Below are positions 25,126-25,209 of a stretch of 25,209 nucleotides of DNA, piece after piece. Source of the DNA: an uncultured Planctomycetaceae bacterium (GTDB lineage Bacteria > Planctomycetota > Planctomycetia > Planctomycetales > Planctomycetaceae); assembly GCA_963976765.1 (NCBI GenBank), contig CAXBME010000035.1:62001-87209 (forward strand). The letters run 5' to 3'. The notes beneath the pieces are model-generated. The model was given only the letters and a program-made list of their open reading frames with translations, made no database searches and had not been told where the DNA came from. Both the position numbers and the translations under genes were made by a program. Each line of letters starts with the position of its first letter. The stretch's first letter is position 1.

Positions 25126-25209
25126 GAACCGACTCGATTAGAACCGACTCGATCAGAACCGACTCGATCAGAACCGACTCGATCAGAACCGACTCGATCA
25201 GAACCGACT
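25126..25209. repeat. 15-bp tandem repeat (GAACCGACTCGATCA)n, truncated by the window end
   Basis: Five full units starting at 25126, 25141, 25156, 25171 and 25186 (the first has one C>T change), plus a 9-nt partial unit. Confidence 0.97.

Noticed and set aside
25126..25209. CRISPR array
   Set aside because: The units are contiguous 15-mers with no unique spacers, and there are no cas genes in the window.

Overview
This looks like a chromosomal segment from a Planctomycete. That is inferred from the DUF1559 prepilin-like gene with its lipoprotein partner, the DUF2617-type gene, the Planctomycete-style Ser/Thr kinases and the FHA-GAF-SpoIIE phosphatase. Left part: 5' end of a long-chain fatty acid-CoA ligase (absent from the ORF track), an SDR oxidoreductase, an SSB-like DUF3127 protein, a B12-binding radical SAM gene with an upstream hypothetical partner, ogt, a DUF2617-type gene and a small membrane protein. 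Centre: a class II (B12-dependent) ribonucleotide reductase, nrdJ, preceded by a sigma70-type promoter, two NrdR boxes 31 bp apart and an unusually long (about 540 nt) hairpin-rich leader. After nrdJ come a collapsed antitoxin/toxin remnant and a kinase / phosphatase / decayed kinase-LamG signalling cluster. Right part: a divergent ClpP-like protein, an ATP-grasp-like protein, a GT-C-type membrane protein, the DUF1559/lipoprotein pair, an orphan CbiO-like ECF ATPase, a delta-9-type desaturase and a 15-bp tandem repeat that runs off the window end. I saw no rRNA, tRNA, CRISPR array, transposase or integrase. I cannot demonstrate a new system from sequence alone. The best leads are the structured nrdJ leader, the ClpP paralog lacking the catalytic Asp, the hypothetical + B12 radical SAM pair and the fused TA relic. 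All family assignments come from motif recognition by eye, not from database searches.
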